Positions 63,004 to 64,000 of a stretch of 64,000 bases of DNA are shown piece after piece. Location of the stretch: NCBI GenBank assembly GCA_951406725.2, contig OX597816.1, positions 135,470,001-135,534,000 of the forward strand. Reading direction: 5' to 3'. A program made the translations under genes and the position numbers. Source of the DNA: Octopus vulgaris. Taxonomy: Eukaryota. The notes under the pieces are model-generated. The model saw nothing but the letters and a program-made list of their open reading frames with translations, made no database searches and was not told the origin of the DNA. Within the stretch, counting starts at the first letter, position 1; each line of letters begins with the position of its first letter.

Positions 63004-64000
63004 GAAGATTAGAATATTTGGTTTATGACTGTAAGGCTGTGAGTTCAATTCCTAGGCAATGCATTCTCTCCTTAAGCAAAACACTTTATCTCATGTTGCT
63101 TCAGCCCACTCAGCTGGTAAAAATGAGTAGTACCTGTATTTCAAAGGGGTCAGCCTTGTCACATTCTCCGTTGTGCTGAATTTCCCGGAGAACTATGTGA
63201 AGAGTACATGTGTCTGTGGAGTGCTCAGCCATTTGCACATAAATTTCATGAGCAAGCTGTTCTACTGATCAAATAAACTGGAATTCCTGTCATCATAATT
63301 GGCAGAGTGCCATATAAATGTCTGTGTGTGTGAATGTATATGTACAGGTATGGTAATGTAAAAAGGAAAAATAGAACTCAACGTATATACATATTTTTAT
63401 TAATATTTAACAGAAGCAACAGAGTGACTCAAAGGCTAAGAGTTTCATGCATTGACACTAGTCAATATATATATACAGATATACAAGGCAGTGCCTCAAC
63501 ATCACTGTAGTCTAATGACTGAAACAAGTAAAAGATAATACAACCCCTGGTAGGGATCTTTATATCTACCTCATATAACTATTTTTTAAACACCCAAGGG
63601 AAATAACCCATAGCAATTGCACCTACAGTTGTTAGTTTTTAGCGAAGCGATCAATATTTGATTCTCACATGTGCTGGTAAGGTGACGCTGGCAACAATCA
63701 CACTCAAATGTTATTTTTCACATGTCACTGGCATGGGAGCCAATCCATGGCCCTGGCAACGATCATGCTTGGATGTGCTTTTAACATTCCACTGGCACGA
63801 GTGCCAATCAGGTGGTACTGTCATCAGCCACATCAGCAATTTTGATTTGTTTACTCTTTCCTCAATAAATCTTTGCAAGCAAAGTTCATTGTCCAGTGAA
63901 TGAGAGGTACTCATAAGAGGGCCGGTTACACCCCACTTTCGGATGTGCTTCTAACATTCCACTGGCATGAGTGCTAATCAGGTGGTACTGACATCAACCA

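Overview
Eukaryotic, AT-rich, microsatellite- and transposon-dense genomic DNA. The repeat landscape suggests a coleoid cephalopod such as Octopus; this is an inference, not a tested assignment. The only recognisable host gene is the first coding exon of a HERP/HERPUD ubiquitin-like ERAD gene (minus strand, 19204-19347). It has a promoter above it and a dead partial duplicate about 1.85 kb into intron 1. The rest is mostly mobile DNA: young RTE LINEs whose RT carries an inserted PHD-type zinc finger, CR1, Tx1/L1 and R4/Dong-type RLE LINEs, mariner/Tc1, hAT and Helitron elements, MITEs, tRNA-SINEs and an orphan 5S copy. Three things stand out. (i) A tRNA-headed SINE ends in a Penelope-type minimal hammerhead ribozyme motif and inserts with 5' fold-back inversions inside single TSDs (22.5-23.1 kb, 52.7-53.0 kb). 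(ii) A second hammerhead-bearing inverted repeat shows stem covariation (10.9-11.3 kb). (iii) An RTE copy has its ORF end plus 3'UTR amplified into a ~330-bp tandem array with A-B higher-order structure (55.3-57.6 kb). All assignments were made by eye, with no database searches.
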